Of a stretch of 64,000 nucleotides of DNA, positions 12,979 to 25,376 are shown piece by piece (the first letter of the stretch is position 1; each line of letters opens with the position of its first letter). The stretch lies in contig OZ025671.1 of assembly GCA_964019335.1 (NCBI GenBank), positions 248,001 to 312,000 on the forward strand, read 5' to 3'. A program made the position numbers and the translations under genes. The stretch comes from Diplonema japonicum (taxonomy: Eukaryota > Protista > Euglenozoa: Diplonemea). The notes beneath the pieces are model-generated. The model searched no databases. It was given only the letters and a program-made list of their open reading frames with translations, and was not told where the DNA came from.

Positions 12979-14103
12979 TCAGAATAAGTCAGTGAACTTT
13001 CTGCACCCTTCCTCCCCTGTCTCCCACGAGGTCACGACACGCACCACAACCCTTCCTTCGCGCTCCCCCCATGGGTAAAGCAGATATTTGTTTTGCAAGG
13101 TTTTCAACTGTTCCTCCGTCACCGTGATGAAGAGCTGGTTTGTCTGAGGAACTTCTACGTGCACCACTGACGGCTTCGCCAGCAGCGTCTCGTACATGAA
13201 GGAGGCCATGCCGTTGGCGCTGCTTGCATTGCGCTCCCACAGCGCATCGGTGAAGTATGCGAGGTACTGCACGGACGCGTAGCGTGCTTTCGACATGATT
13301 AGCAGCTGTTGTTTGGAAGCAGCCTTCACCTCTACGGCAGACGGGCAGACGTGGCCTTTGATCACGACGGCTTCTGCGTTGAAGAGACCGTTCTTCGCAC
13401 CACCCAGGGTCACAAGGTCCGCAAGGGCAATCACCCGACGCATTATTTCTGAGGGTTTCAAACCTTCTGAGCCACGCATCATCATGGACACACACGCGTT
13501 CGCGATCCTTGCACCGTCTACATGCAGCAGCACGTTGTACCTACTACACACTTCTTTGATTGCGGTGATCTCGTTTAAATCGTAGATGTCGCCGAACTCC
13601 GTCGACAACGTGATGCTGACGACACGTGGCAGGGTGTAGAACTCAGGTGTTTCGTTGCAGTGGGCGAGAAGCGTGTCGAGCTCAGCGGGTACCACCTTAG
13701 GTGATGGGAGTAAGTGCATCTTAGCGCCAAAGACGTTCTCGCAAGCTCCAACAGTGTTTGTTTGTACATGCGCACACTTCGAGGTCACGACAGAGTGGAA
13801 CGGCCTGCTGCATGCAAGACTAAGCGCCAGGACGTTACCTCCTGTCCCGTTAGAGACGAACCTGATGTGCGCAGCGTCGTCCAACGACAGCTCCTTCTTC
13901 ATCACCTCGATGGTCTTAGTGGTCACGGGGCATTCACCGTACGACGGCATAGCGGGAAGCTCGTTCACCTGTCTCACCGCCTCCATCACCTCCGGGCACA
14001 CTCCTCCAGTGTTGTCGCTTGCGAACATGCAGTTCGGCGCCTTCATCAGCTCCGCACGGCATTCATTGAGAATACCCGACACCCCCCCACGCACGTTCGC
14101 CAT
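12979..14103 (-). CDS. ltaE: Low-specificity L-threonine aldolase (PLP-dependent, LtaE-type)
   Basis: FASDN, NGTGGN, LHVDGARIANA and GGAKNG (PLP lysine) motifs; start taken at MANVRGG. Confidence 0.9.
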   Translation of the reverse strand: MANVRGGVSGILNECRAELMKAPNCMFASDNTGGVCPEVMEAVRQVNELPAMPSYGECPVTTKTIEVMKKELSLDDAAHIRFVSNGTGGNVLALSLACSRPFHSVVTSKCAHVQTNTVGACENVFGAKMHLLPSPKVVPAELDTLLAHCNETPEFYTLPRVVSITLSTEFGDIYDLNEITAIKEVCSRYNVLLHVDGARIANACVSMMMRGSEGLKPSEIMRRVIALADLVTLGGAKNGLFNAEAVVIKGHVCPSAVEVKAASKQQLLIMSKARYASVQYLAYFTDALWERNASSANGMASFMYETLLAKPSVVHVEVPQTNQLFITVTEEQLKTLQNKYLLYPWGEREGRVVVRVVTSWETGEEGCRKFTDLF

Positions 14104-14337
14104 GTTGCCTTGCTGGGATTCTTGTACACGCAAAAAGAAAAGAAGCAACACAACAACAAAGAAAAAAAAAATCATATAAAAATTCTAAAAATCACTACTG
14201 AGAGGGGCATTGGTATTAACATGCGCTTGGTAAAGCGACATATGAAGTGTAAAGTTGTAGGGAAAAAAAAAGGGCAGTGCAGAAACACCCTCTCTCTCGG
14301 GAAGTGGTGGACACGCACCAGGCATGAAAACGAACAA

Positions 14338-16393
14338 CTAGTAAGTCCTGGATGCGGCCGCCGACATGGGCCTTGACAGCCTACTGGACTGGGGCTTCCT
14401 CGGGGTCAGTTCCTGTTGATGGCTTTTGATTCTCTGCATGACGCGGGACTTTGACTCTAGGTTGATCCTCATGTCTCTATTTTTGAGGACTTCTTGCCTG
14501 AACTGGTCCTTGTATTTGATATTATCCTTCTGCAGGGAGGTGATGGTGGCTTGCAGGTCGTCTGTGTTCATGTTATCGGGTGTGCGCTCACGATCTTTGC
14601 ACTTCAGACACTCTATTTGTGTGGTGTTGTTGCTTGTTTCCTCCCAACGTCTGTTCGCAAGGTCGTAGGCCGCCTGCTCGAGGTTTTGTATCAGTTGCTC
14701 AACGGCCTCCTTTTTCGGCATTTTTCTGTTCCAGACACCTCGTGGCACAACAGGGTTGTCGATTTCGCAGAAGTCCGAAGCAGACACAAACGTCAGCGGG
14801 AAATTCATGAACGAAGGCTGCTTAGCACGGTACCCCTTCATGTCTGCTAAATACTGCTGTGTCTTGTACCAGCAGGTCTGCACATGCTGCAACAACGTTA
14901 AATCCACAGGCTCCACACCTATCGCTCCATTGTGTGAACCTGATGCCTTTTTGTACTTCTTCTTCCCCAGCAACGACACGCCCGTCTGCTTCGACGGGTC
15001 TAGTTGTATTACAATTCTCGACAGATTCCTCGAATACTCGAACAGATACTCCACCTGTTTTCTTAAACACCTCACCTCCTCTGTCGCGCTCTTCCGCAGC
15101 TTCTGCAGGTCTGTTCTCGTCTCTGCAAGCTCTTGCTTCTCTTTCCCAAGAACTGCGTTGTGGAACCTTGCCATCTCCTCCGTTGTTTTCTTGTGCGATT
15201 CCAAAGCTTGTTTGTTGATCCTCTCGCATTTCTCCCGCTCTTGAGCCCTCCCAGCTTCGATGAGCTCCTCCCTCCCCCGTACCTTCAGGTGGTCGACTGT
15301 GTCGCTGGTCCGAAGCTGCTCTCTCGTAACAGATTCTAATTGACTTTTATAAATTTCTTCCACACGCTCGATATCCCTGTTTGTGTGGTTGCTTGTGGTT
15401 GTCATACCTTCTGAACACCTGCATGTCCGCTTTGCATTTCTTGTCGTGCGCTTCCTTCATCCGCTGTATCTCAGCTTGGAGCTCTTCTACCTTGTCCTTC
15501 AGCTCCGCTTGCCTCTCGAGTGACACCGCGACCTGCTTGTCGGCCCGCTTCCGTTTGTTCGTACTCTCTTCTTCTTGCTTGCTGACGATGGCTTGGTAGC
15601 GGCGGACTTCGGCTGCGGCAGCAGCGGTCTTCCCAGCAAGGCCTTCCTCGCGTACTGTCGGGGTTAGATAAGACAACAAAAAAAAAAAAAATATAACGAT
15701 ACCAGCGTAGGCTGCAACGATCATCTTAAGCTGTGCTTTGACAGAATCGGAACGGTTGGCAAAGACGGAGTCGTTCAAGGGCTTGCTGGGTTCAGGAACG
15801 CCTTCCTTGGTTAGATGGGTATAAGAGTGAGACTCCACGGGCTGGTAGTCGAAGATGTTTCTGTCATGTTCATCTTCTTCCTGGGGGGAGAGGGGCTCTA
15901 CTGGACTTGAAGAACCTAGTCGGGATAAAGTGTCGGTTATAGGAAGGGTGCTTGATGAGCTTGTCGAGACTTCAATTCTATCTTCTTCGTTCTCGCTATT
16001 CTCTACAACAGCTGACACTGCAGCCAAGGCGGCACCAGCAGCGCCCCATATGTACACCAGATTGTGGAAATCACTCTGTAGGTACTTAGGGGGTAGTTGC
16101 TTCTTTTTCTTTTTCTTTCTGGTCTCCAAGCTTGAGTGCTTTATCCGTATAGGATTGGTGTCCTGGCGCGGGGAAGGTTGGGTGGCAGCCTCGTTCTCTT
16201 TTGTGCCCTCCACTTCTTCTTCTTCTTCGTAGTCCACTTGTAAGCCCATAAGCATCAAAGCCATGGTTTCAGGTGAGGGGCACTCCCCCCTCCCGATCCT
16301 TCTCTGCACTTCCAAGAGCTGCTTCCTCCGTACCCCGGTGAGCTGCACCATGTCGGTGGTGCCCTCTCCTTCGCCTTCCATCATTCCCTGCAT
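14338..16393 (-). CDS. Coiled-coil hypothetical protein; 3 exons (introns 15655-15702, 15377-15407)
   Basis: Two ORFs joined in frame by a 31-nt GT-AG intron; a 48-nt in-frame intron explains the poly-F stretch; E/K/Q-rich heptads. Confidence 0.75.
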
Positions 16394-16602
16394 TGCCGGC
16401 TGTTTGCTTGCTTTACAATATCGCTTGTTGATAAAAAGAAGAGAAGGAAGAAAAAAAATATTCACAGTTAACTATGTAAATAGTTGCAGTAGAAGAAGAA
16501 AAGAAAGGCAAAACCGAAATTAGAAGAAACAAACTTTTTTTGTCTCCGCCCCCCCCCCCCCCCCCCCCAGAGCGTCAGCCAAAAAAACAGCGTGAATGAG
16601 AG

Positions 16603-16650
<48 letters not shown>

Positions 16651-16979
16651 TCGTCCGGATGGCGGCGCCCTGCACAAGAACTGTCATTTGATTACAGGAG
16701 GCGCACTGCGGCCGAGTTGTTGCTTCTTCTGCGTTCCGCGTCGTGTCCTTCATGCGTGCGATGTACAGCTCAACCCCAGTAACCAAGATTCGGTGCTCGT
16801 GCAGTCTGCTGCCTGTTCGTCACCCTGAGCATCTGCGTTACGTTCTTCCACTCGGGTGCTACCGGTGATGACCGACGAGGAGGTCAACAGCGAACAACAC
16901 ATCTGATGTACTTCTTTATATTTCCATGTTATCCCCACCACCAATAAAGTACAGAAACCGTAGCTTTAGAATCGTTGGG
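16603..16979 (-). mobile_element. Short SL-headed, poly(T)-tailed retroposon or retroposed RNA fragment
   Basis: SL copy at 16942-16978 (one A>G change), ~295 nt of GC-richer body with no intact ORF, then T44 (16603-16646). Confidence 0.7.
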
Positions 16980-17052
16980 CAAAAATAATAAATTGATCTA
17001 CTTTTTTACCCCTCCTTTTTCTTTTTTTTTTCTTTTTTTGTACTAACGTTCT

Positions 17053-19699
17053 TCAACAGCCGTCGCTGCTCCCACCACCGATGTAGCCGTAGACCTTCAG
17101 GGAAGACATAACTATATAAAAGAACCAAAGAAGGAAGAAAGCAAAGCAAATGAGGTATCGTCTGGGGCCTCCCAGCTCGCCCCCGTAGCTGTAACGGTTT
17201 GCCAGCAGCATACCGAGGCCCAGCAAAGCACAGCAGAGGAAGAGCACGACGCTGTACACGAGATCACCTGCGGGGTACTTGTACTCCTCTCCCTTGGTCT
17301 CTTTGTAGACAGAAGCAATGCACCAGGGAAGGCCCAGACCAAGAAAAACATTAACACAGTTCGAACCCGTCACGTTCCCAATCGCTGCATCCGCATTATC
17401 CTCCTCTTCAGCTACCGTTTTACTTGCATACGTATCAGGCAACGAGGTACCAAGGGCAACAAATGTTATCGCTGTCACCGGGTCCTTCAAGCCCGCAACA
17501 CATCCAAGTAATGAAGCAAGTTCTGCCACAATAGCTGTTATCAGACCTTTTTTCTTTTTTAAATGTCGGATTAAAGCATACCAATAAGGCCCAACGCCGA
17601 AACAAAGGCTGGCCACCCGCCTTTATACCGCGGCGGGGGGATCGCAGCCCCGAGCAACCTCCAGAAAATCGTTAAAAAGTGCATAAGGTAATCCATCGTT
17701 GTGTCCCCTTCGATGGCGAAGCAGTCGATGAACTGTTGCCCCCAGGCGTTCGCGTTTCGCTCTTCAGCTTGCTGCACCGCAAGCTGCTCCACGTGTTCCA
17801 CGAATATTCTTGTTGTAGGGTCTTCTGTGATGGAGACTGTCAGTGTTGTGCAGCGTGTCTCAGCGCCCTCGATGTCCGTTAACACCAGCGAAAAGGTCTT
17901 ACTTTTCTGGTGGGAGTAGGTGTTCAAAATGGGTATGTCCACCTCGGTGGTCTGGTCGTTCCTTGTAATCCGTTGTTCTATCTCAACAGGAATGTAGTCC
18001 GTGCCCCCCACGGCACTGCCTTGCACGCTCTTCACCTTGAAGTTCACGGATTGCTGCGTACCCCCCAGCCTCTGCACCACTGCAGTAAGCTGTCGACACC
18101 GATTTTCTTTTTTGTTTTTTTTCATACCACTCCGATGTTCTCCGACACACTGATGCACAGCGTGTCTGCCGCCTTGCACTCCAACTCCTTCACCCCTGCC
18201 TTGAACGTCTTTGCGAACCCGATTGTAGGCTTTGCCGACGTCGAGAGATGCACCTGTACGAGGAGAGGGTGGTGCGTTCAAAGAAGAACCCATACCGAAC
18301 ACTTCAAGACAGTCCCCAGTCTTGCCCCACCACCTGCAGACAGCAGAGTTACCTCGAAGCTCTAGTGGTTTTTTCTTTTTTTGTTTGTTTCCTCTTGTAC
18401 CTCATTGGTATCATTCCGCAGAAGCTTCACAGTGACACAAGCCCGGTTCTCACCCTTCTCCATGATGACGTGCCCTGAGGCAGCGACGTAGTCCTTCCCC
18501 TTCTTGGCGGTGATGTCACGCGTTTCGTACTTAGCAGTGACGGTGGAGGTCTTGGGTCCGTGGCGGAGGAGTGTGAGGGTGGTGACGTTTCCTTCAGGAC
18601 AGTGTATGGACGAAGTGAGCCACTCGAGGATGACAGGGCAGGTGTCAGCCTTGGCTACCGTAAGTGGAGAGCATGGTGAACAAGGGGTTTGCAGCTGTAC
18701 AGAGATATCGGTGAAGTCGCTTGGACAACTTTTCCGCCGACCAAAGTAACTAGGCTTCGCGCGATGGAAGAGATTCTGCGAGTCGCGCGCCATGTCCACA
18801 AGCGAGCTCCCAACATTGTCGCCAGCATGGCAATCGTCTCTGAGGAGGCCCATGATCTTTTGCAGGCGGAGCTCTGTTACGGTTCTGTCGGGGTCGTTCT
18901 CGGTTGAGGCACCTTCCGACGCATATGATGGCTTCGTGACGAAGCAGCTTTTATCTTGCAAGTATGCAACGATGATCAACACTGGGAAGAAGCACAGCGT
19001 GATGACCGCTTCGGTGATGGTGATGACGCACTTCGTCCAAGACGACAGTGTGACCACCAACCACAGATATGCAAGGAGAGATGTTGTGGAGGTGATGATG
19101 AAAACCCCAAGTTGGTCTATCTTCTTGGGCTGCTCAACAGACACAACGCAAATACCTGAAACCACTAGTAAATTGAAGGCAGCGGAGCCAACAATAGTTG
19201 ACGGGCCCAGCTCGCCCGGTTCTGCATCTAACGTTGAAACAGTTTCTATACAAGACAGTAGAATTTCTGGTGCGGAACTACCCAAGGCCAGCAGTGTCAG
19301 GTTCGCCACGGTAGGGTTCCACACCGACACCTTCACCACGGTTTTCTCACCGTCGTTTGATATCGCAGTGCGAAGCTTGTCGCTTGTTATTTCTTCGATT
19401 GCAGACATAAAAGTATCGGATATCACTGCAATGCCGATAAAGGCGTGGACGAGCCCTGCTGCATACAGGGCACCCCGGACGGCGTTGTGCCACATGCCTT
19501 CAGCAGGTACCAAGATGTAGCTGTCGCATAATTTCGTTCCGTTTGGGTAATACTCCACGAGCATGCCTTGCCCGTGCCGGGAGATCCTCCTGACGCCTTT
19601 CTCCGGAAATACTAGCTCTGCTGTCATCAGCCCTGCAAACTGAACACAAATCACAAGTATTCGCCATTTGAGGTGGTCCCATTTCCACCGTTTTTTCAT
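17053..19699 (-). CDS. NCX: Na+/Ca2+ exchanger (NCX/SLC8 family) with Calx-beta domains; introns 18362-18400, 18254-18295, 18090-18127, 17547-17581
   Basis: alpha-1 repeat WNPTVANLTLLALGSSAPEILLS, GPSTIVGSAAFNL; alpha-2 repeat ALGTSLPDTYASK, GNVTGSNCVNVFLGLG. Confidence 0.95.
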
Positions 19700-20375
19700 G
19701 CCCCCCCCCCCCCCCCACTTCCCCTCTTAAAAAATGTGTTGTTTGATAGGGTGAAACTAGAGTAATGAATATAATGGAGAAGTGCAGCGTACCTTTGATG
19801 ACATGGCAATCATTACCTTGGGACTGGGGAGGGGGGAGAGCGACTCCTCGGGGAGGAAAAAAAAATTAAACGGATGCTAGAAAAAGAAACAACGATGGAG
19901 GGAATCTTTTTTTTTTTTAAAAAATCCTCTCCCGGTGACTTTTTCTTTCTTTTTTTTTTTCATTTCCTGTTTTTTTTTTTTTTTTTTTTTAAATATAATA
20001 ATAATAGATTGTCTAAAAAAGAAAGAAAAAAAAAAAACGAAAACAAAAAAAAAACCAGATCTTTACTGGTTGGTACTTGAAGAAGCGGTTTGCGAAAAGA
20101 AAAGAAAAAATGTAGCTTTTCTTTTTTTTTTTTAAATCACCAACAAAAAATTATAAAATAGTAATTTAACTCGAGTACTCTTGAAAGGGGGGGGGTGAAT
20201 AATAAAAATAAAAAGACGCTAAAATCTGAAAAGTTTTAAAAAAAAAAATTATAGCTCATTCGGCGGGAAGAAGGGGGTAAAAAAATCTTTCTTTTTTTTT
20301 TTAAAAACACCTCCCCACCATTTTTCTTTCCCCTTCTTTTTCATCATATTGAGGCCACTCACTGCTGCTCTCATA

Positions 20376-20409
<34 letters not shown>

Positions 20410-20421
20410 GTTATTACAAAT

Positions 20422-21210
20422 TTATTCCACTGGTGAAGCGGTTCTTGTGCCGGTTCGTTCCTCAGTTTCCTCGGCTGTAGGGCTTGCGGTACCGAGGGAG
20501 TCCTCATTTCTAACTAGGTACCTGCCTTGTTGCTGAGCAGGTGAATTCGTAGAGGTCGGTGAGTCCCCAAGCCCAGGTGGCGCAGGCGGTGCATTCGGAG
20601 ATGCATCAGTATTACGCAGCGCTATCATTGTGTCATTGCCAAAGGGCGCTGTTGACCGCAACCCTCGTCTGGAAGCAGATGGTGGCGTGGCTGTCTCGCT
20701 ACGTTCATCTAACGGGAGCTCCATTCTGCGTCGTTCTTCAGCAGACAGCACAATGCTGGCTCTTGGTGCTGTAGGGCGTCTTGAGTAGTAATCCGCTCTC
20801 AGACGGACGGCGGCGTCTGCCTCGTCCTCAGTGTTCACGAAGAGGAGCGTTCCGTCAGCCTCTGTGACTTGTATCCACCCCCTCCCCCCGCCCAAGCGGA
20901 CTTCTACCCATCTTATTCCCTCTATCATCTTTTCCTCGCCTGTCCCTACCAGTGCATCGCCAATATTTGTCAGTGACACCACTGTTCCAAGCTCGCCTGC
21001 TGAGAATCGGACCTCCTTCTCGCCTACTGCGTACCATTCTGTCTCCTGTGCTGCTGCATCTGTGGTGGTAGGCACTTCTGCTTGATTCAAGGTCGTTGGA
21101 ACCATGTTGTTAATGTTGTTGTTGTTGTTAATGTTGTTGTTTGTGGCAGTGCGAGGCTCGTCCCTTTTTTTCGGTCTTTGGTTTGGAGGTGAGCTTGAGC
21201 AGCAACCCAT
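20422..21210 (-). CDS. Hypothetical protein with an N-terminal dual-acylation motif (MGCCSS) and an SH3b-like segment
   Basis: MGCC myristoyl/palmitoyl motif; ...RWVEVRLGGGRGWIQV. Confidence 0.7.
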   Translation of the reverse strand: MGCCSSSPPNQRPKKRDEPRTATNNNINNNNNINNMVPTTLNQAEVPTTTDAAAQETEWYAVGEKEVRFSAGELGTVVSLTNIGDALVGTGEEKMIEGIRWVEVRLGGGRGWIQVTEADGTLLFVNTEDEADAAVRLRADYYSRRPTAPRASIVLSAEERRRMELPLDERSETATPPSASRRGLRSTAPFGNDTMIALRNTDASPNAPPAPPGLGDSPTSTNSPAQQQGRYLVRNEDSLGTASPTAEETEERTGTRTASPVE

Positions 21211-21752
21211 TTTCTTTTTTTCTTTTCTCTTTTTTCTTCTCCCCTCCAACCTTTTTTTTTTTTTTCAATGCGATACAATTATTTTAGCGTTTTTTTTTTG
21301 ACTCAGATTATTAAAAAAAAAAGAAATACGGATGCTTATCATAAAGAAAAGAGGGGGGGGGGGGAAGAAAAACACCCTCTTCTCTCCCCACCTAAAATGC
21401 AAGAAAGATGAATGAGAAATAAAAAATGCTACTAAAAAAAAAAGGAGAACCTTTTTTTTTTCCCCCTTATTTATTTCGTACATGACCCTCCTCTTTTATT
21501 TCCCCCCCCCCCACATAGCCTTTGAAAGTCTCATTCTGCTTTTTCTTTTTTTTTTTCCCTCTTTTTTATATTTTTTTGCTCTCCCCTGGGATGAAACCAT
21601 AAAAAAAAGGGGGGGGGAGGAGGGAGAAAACTATAAAAAAAATTGAGTGAAAACAAGGAATCTGCAACGCTACATACACTTCTTATTTTTTTTTTTCTTT
21701 CTTCCTTTTTTTTTTTTTTTTTTTTTTTCCCCCTTCCCCCCCGCCTTTTGTA

Positions 21753-22421
21753 TCACCTTTTTTTCGGTTTTGGTTTGGGTTTTTTTTGTAGTTGGTGAAA
21801 ACGCCAAGTTACGAGAGATGTGTTACATGGTGCACAAAGACGTGTATTCTTCCACTCTGCCGGTAGGGAAGGCCGCTTATTCCCGCACGAGTTGCAGACC
21901 ACAGCACCGCACCCACGACAGTGGTGCCGACGGGCGAAGAACGTGAAAAACTTTCGGCACAGTTTGCAGGAAGAAGAGGAGCTATCGTCCACCCAGTGCG
22001 GGTGGACAGGAGTCAGGGGTGTAGTAGGTACGTGCCCTCCAAGGTAGAGGGAGAATGCAGTTTCCGAAACAGAAGCCAACGGAAGCATTTTTTGCGCCTT
22101 CCTCACAAGGTCCGACTCCGTGGCCTTCTTTGGTATCCACCGGCCACCGTCGTCTACGAACATCCCACCTCCCTTACAATTGCACGACCTGCCCCGCCCG
22201 CATTCACAGCCTTTCGCCTTGGGGCAATCTTCGTTATCCTTACTTTCCTCGGAGCTGCCCATCATTGGCAGCGCTGATATTCTGAACACCTTACCATTCC
22301 CCGGTTCCTTAGATGCTGATATTCTGTTGGCGTTGGTGTTACTTGGCGCAGTTGCGCCAGCGCCAGACCCCCGCGGCGCAACTAGATGCGGCGCTACAAA
22401 GTGGGGCGACACATACGTCAT
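21753..22421 (-). CDS. FYVE zinc-finger protein (start uncertain)
   Basis: WVDD..CKLCRKFFTFFARRHHCRGCGAVVCNSC...RLCAPC. Confidence 0.9.
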   Translation of the reverse strand: MTYVSPHFVAPHLVAPRGSGAGATAPSNTNANRISASKEPGNGKVFRISALPMMGSSEESKDNEDCPKAKGCECGRGRSCNCKGGGMFVDDGGRWIPKKATESDLVRKAQKMLPLASVSETAFSLYLGGHVPTTPLTPVHPHWVDDSSSSSCKLCRKFFTFFARRHHCRGCGAVVCNSCGNKRPSLPAEWKNTRLCAPCNTSLVTWRFHQLQKKPKPKPKKR

Positions 22422-22535
22422 CCCAACCTGATGAGTGGCAGTTAGCAATGCAGATACGTTAAAGATGAGAGGGGGGGAGAACTTCGTCGCTTCCTTAGCG
22501 CTTTTTTTTTTTTTAATCCCCACTTCTATGTTATC

Positions 22536-23663
22536 TCAGAACAAGGTGGATCCGACACGCACACCTCGTTCCTCCGCGAGTTCTTGAAGCTCCTCCGCAC
22601 CTATGAAGTCATCCATATCCTCGCAATGCGATATTGCCACAATGAAGTCATTCGGTGTGCACCTCACTCCGGATTTCTCCATTTCCTTAAGAAGCTCCAC
22701 TGTGTTTCCCTGCCTTTCGCGACAGTGCAGCGCAATGAGGCAGCTCCACGCTTTGTCGTCTTTCGCTTCACCTAACATGTCGAAAACAGAACGGGCGGCG
22801 GAGTACGACGAGTGAGATGCAATGTTCATCCCCAACATGAACGCAGGTGCTGTTGCACGGCAAGGAGGAGTTCTCTGAAGAATTGCAAGAGCGGCCTGGA
22901 GATTGTTGCCGTCGTTCATGCACACCAACAGTAAGCCTTCGTACGTCTTGTTGGGAACCGGTTCTTGAAACCCGGCGAGGAATCTGACTGCCTCGTCCCC
23001 GTTTGAGCAGAAGAGCCTTGCAGCAGACGATTTAACCTCTGGCGTTACCTGCTTACTGGATACTATCTTATTATAAACCGACCTACCGAGGCTGAAATTT
23101 TGTGTCTTGACGCAAGCCGATAAGATGGAGACATATTCTTTAGGAGTAGGGTTTATGTCTGCTTGCTCCATATTGGTAAGGACTTTGAGTGCAGCGGTGA
23201 CGTGACTGGATTTGCTGAAAGCGGTGATCGCAGAGGAGTACAGACCTTCGTCCGGTGTAATTTTCTTGTTAGATAGGAAATCGAAGACAGAATGGATGCT
23301 CGTGTCCATGGAGAGCTTTCCCATTGCTAGTACAACAGCAGACCAGCAAAATAGGTTGTTTTCTATTTCTTTACTGTGTTGCGTGGCGAATTTCAATACC
23401 CTGTGCGGGGATTTCTTCCCCAGAGCCGTCATGACGCTTGAGTAAGTTCTGGCGTCTCGTTCCACGTTTCGTTCCTTCATTTCTTCAAATAGCTCCAGTG
23501 CCGTTCGTCCTGCCCCTATCCTCGTGTTCCATAAGGTAGTGTCTTTGATTCCGTGGTCCCGCATTACTCTCAAGGCTTCCATTTCATTTCCCCTTCTTCC
23601 CAGTTCCTTCACTTGTTGCACTGCTTTGCTCAACGTAAGTTCAATCGCAGCTCCCCGTTGCAT
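22536..23663 (-). CDS. Pentatricopeptide repeat (PPR) protein
   Basis: Tandem ~35-aa PPR-like units (LFEEMKERNVERDARTYSSVMTAL; KITPDEGLYSSAITAFSKS; EMEKSGVRCTP). Confidence 0.85.
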   Translation of the reverse strand: MQRGAAIELTLSKAVQQVKELGRRGNEMEALRVMRDHGIKDTTLWNTRIGAGRTALELFEEMKERNVERDARTYSSVMTALGKKSPHRVLKFATQHSKEIENNLFCWSAVVLAMGKLSMDTSIHSVFDFLSNKKITPDEGLYSSAITAFSKSSHVTAALKVLTNMEQADINPTPKEYVSILSACVKTQNFSLGRSVYNKIVSSKQVTPEVKSSAARLFCSNGDEAVRFLAGFQEPVPNKTYEGLLLVCMNDGNNLQAALAILQRTPPCRATAPAFMLGMNIASHSSYSAARSVFDMLGEAKDDKAWSCLIALHCRERQGNTVELLKEMEKSGVRCTPNDFIVAISHCEDMDDFIGAEELQELAEERGVRVGSTLF

Positions 23664-23877
23664 CTTTTTTAATGGAATTTCGGACCTGAACGAATCCCTA
23701 CTTGTTGCCGTGGGGGGAGGGGGGGTTTTGAAGGAAAAAAAAAAAGGAAAAAAACCCCCCTGGAAACATTGTCAACGTTCCCTCTTTCTTCCTTCTTTTT
23801 GTGTGTTGTGAAATGAAAATTTCACCCAAAAAAATCTTTTTTTTTCTTTTCCTTCCCTGTCTTTATTCGGTACCTGG

Positions 23878-24486
23878 TTAAGGTAAAGGCTGCGGTTCGC
23901 CTAATGTCGGATTCGGGTGAGCAGGATATCCCGGTTGGACCCTTATAGAGTTGATACGGGTGAGCTGAGGGGCTTCATGGGGGGTGCAGCAAACGTATCC
24001 TGGGGGAACACCTCTGAGAGTGAGCTCGGTGTGGTGCTGGCAAGCTGAACAGCAAACTAGAAAGTGAGAAACAAGACAAGTCACAGCACAAGAGTCGGAA
24101 ATTGCATTTGCTCGGATGATACGACGCCTGGTCCAGAAGGTGTAACCCCCTAGAACAGCCCACATGAGGAAGTAAAACACCCCGAATCGTGTCAACACAG
24201 CCACCACCAGACCGAAGAAACTCACTGCAAGCAACCCCAGCGTGACCCCTATATGCGGGGTGTTTGCTTCTCCATTGAACACAGCGTTGTATACGCGACC
24301 CATGTGGCAGGGCAGACACCAAACCACATCACACCCTTTCCTCCAATCGGGGTAGCAGCAGTCGCAAAGACCCCTCTGCCAGTCATGCATTTCGAGTGCA
24401 GTGGCCACTACCACAACCTGCGCGGGGTAGTTCAGGGGTGGTGGGTTATCCTCTTCAGGCGGCTTTTCACTACATTCTTGCATCAT
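23878..24486 (-). CDS. PLAC8-family Cys-rich membrane protein
   Basis: DWQRGLCDCC, WCLPC, RRRIIRANAI, CCSACQHHTEL. Confidence 0.85.
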   Translation of the reverse strand: MMQECSEKPPEEDNPPPLNYPAQVVVVATALEMHDWQRGLCDCCYPDWRKGCDVVWCLPCHMGRVYNAVFNGEANTPHIGVTLGLLAVSFFGLVVAVLTRFGVFYFLMWAVLGGYTFWTRRRIIRANAISDSCAVTCLVSHFLVCCSACQHHTELTLRGVPPGYVCCTPHEAPQLTRINSIRVQPGYPAHPNPTLGEPQPLP

Positions 24487-24573
24487 CTTTTTTTTTTTTT
24501 TTTTTTATATTAGTGCACCTGTAATCTCACTGATCCTCAGGATACAAATGCTCTAATAAGGACTATAGTTTTG

Positions 24574-24876
24574 TCACCGTGTCCAAAGGTACCCCACACC
24601 CCCAAGGCTCACACAGAACGCCATCCCCAGTCGAACCCCTGCACGATTTTTAACCACATTTCTCTGAAATACGCTTTCCGCCTGAAGGCGCGTCGCCTCT
24701 GCACGAGGGCCAGGACACAATGTCTCCCTAGGTAGGTCCTCGTCACGCATCACCCACGCATAGTTCTCTGCATTCCTGTCGGCGGTAGGGAGACTGCCGA
24801 GGTCGGCCGCTTTGATATTATTCTCCAGCTTGTAGAATTTTGAAGCAGGCCCCCGGCCTCTTATGTCATTGTCCAT
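24574..24876 (-). CDS. Small hypothetical protein with a C-terminal TM helix
   Basis: ~100 aa from MDNDIRGRG; terminal hydrophobic LGMAFCVSLGGVGYLW. Confidence 0.6.
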   Translation of the reverse strand: MDNDIRGRGPASKFYKLENNIKAADLGSLPTADRNAENYAWVMRDEDLPRETLCPGPRAEATRLQAESVFQRNVVKNRAGVRLGMAFCVSLGGVGYLWTR

Positions 24877-25376
24877 GCCCCCTCCACCTAGAGTGGCTTT
24901 CTTTTTTTGAATGTGAGGAAAAAAGAATATAGTATGAGCTAAAAAAAGAGGCAAAAAAAAAAAAGAAGACGAAGAAGTGCATGGGGCTATGAAGACTAAA
25001 CAAGCTATCGGTACGTACCAGACTAAGAACAGAAAAACGTCAGGCTGAGAAACAGTTCTTTTAAATATTTCTTTTATATTATTATTTTTTTTGGGGGGAC
25101 CTAGTACTGAATCCGTAGCAAACAAGGGGGCTTTCCAGAGAGAGAGAGTGGACAACAAAAAAAACCTCCCCTTCTTTACTTTGATTTTTTTTTTTTGCCC
25201 CTACTTTCCCTCCTTTTTTTTCTCCGTTCTTGGAAAGAAGAATTCTCTATGATACGAAACGAAGTGGTTTGCAACGGCCCACGAAAGAAAGGATAAACAC
25301 GTTACAAAAATCACAGCGACCTTTGGAAAAAGGGCGAGAAAGAAAAAGAAAATTCATTATGATAGGAACGAAGTGG

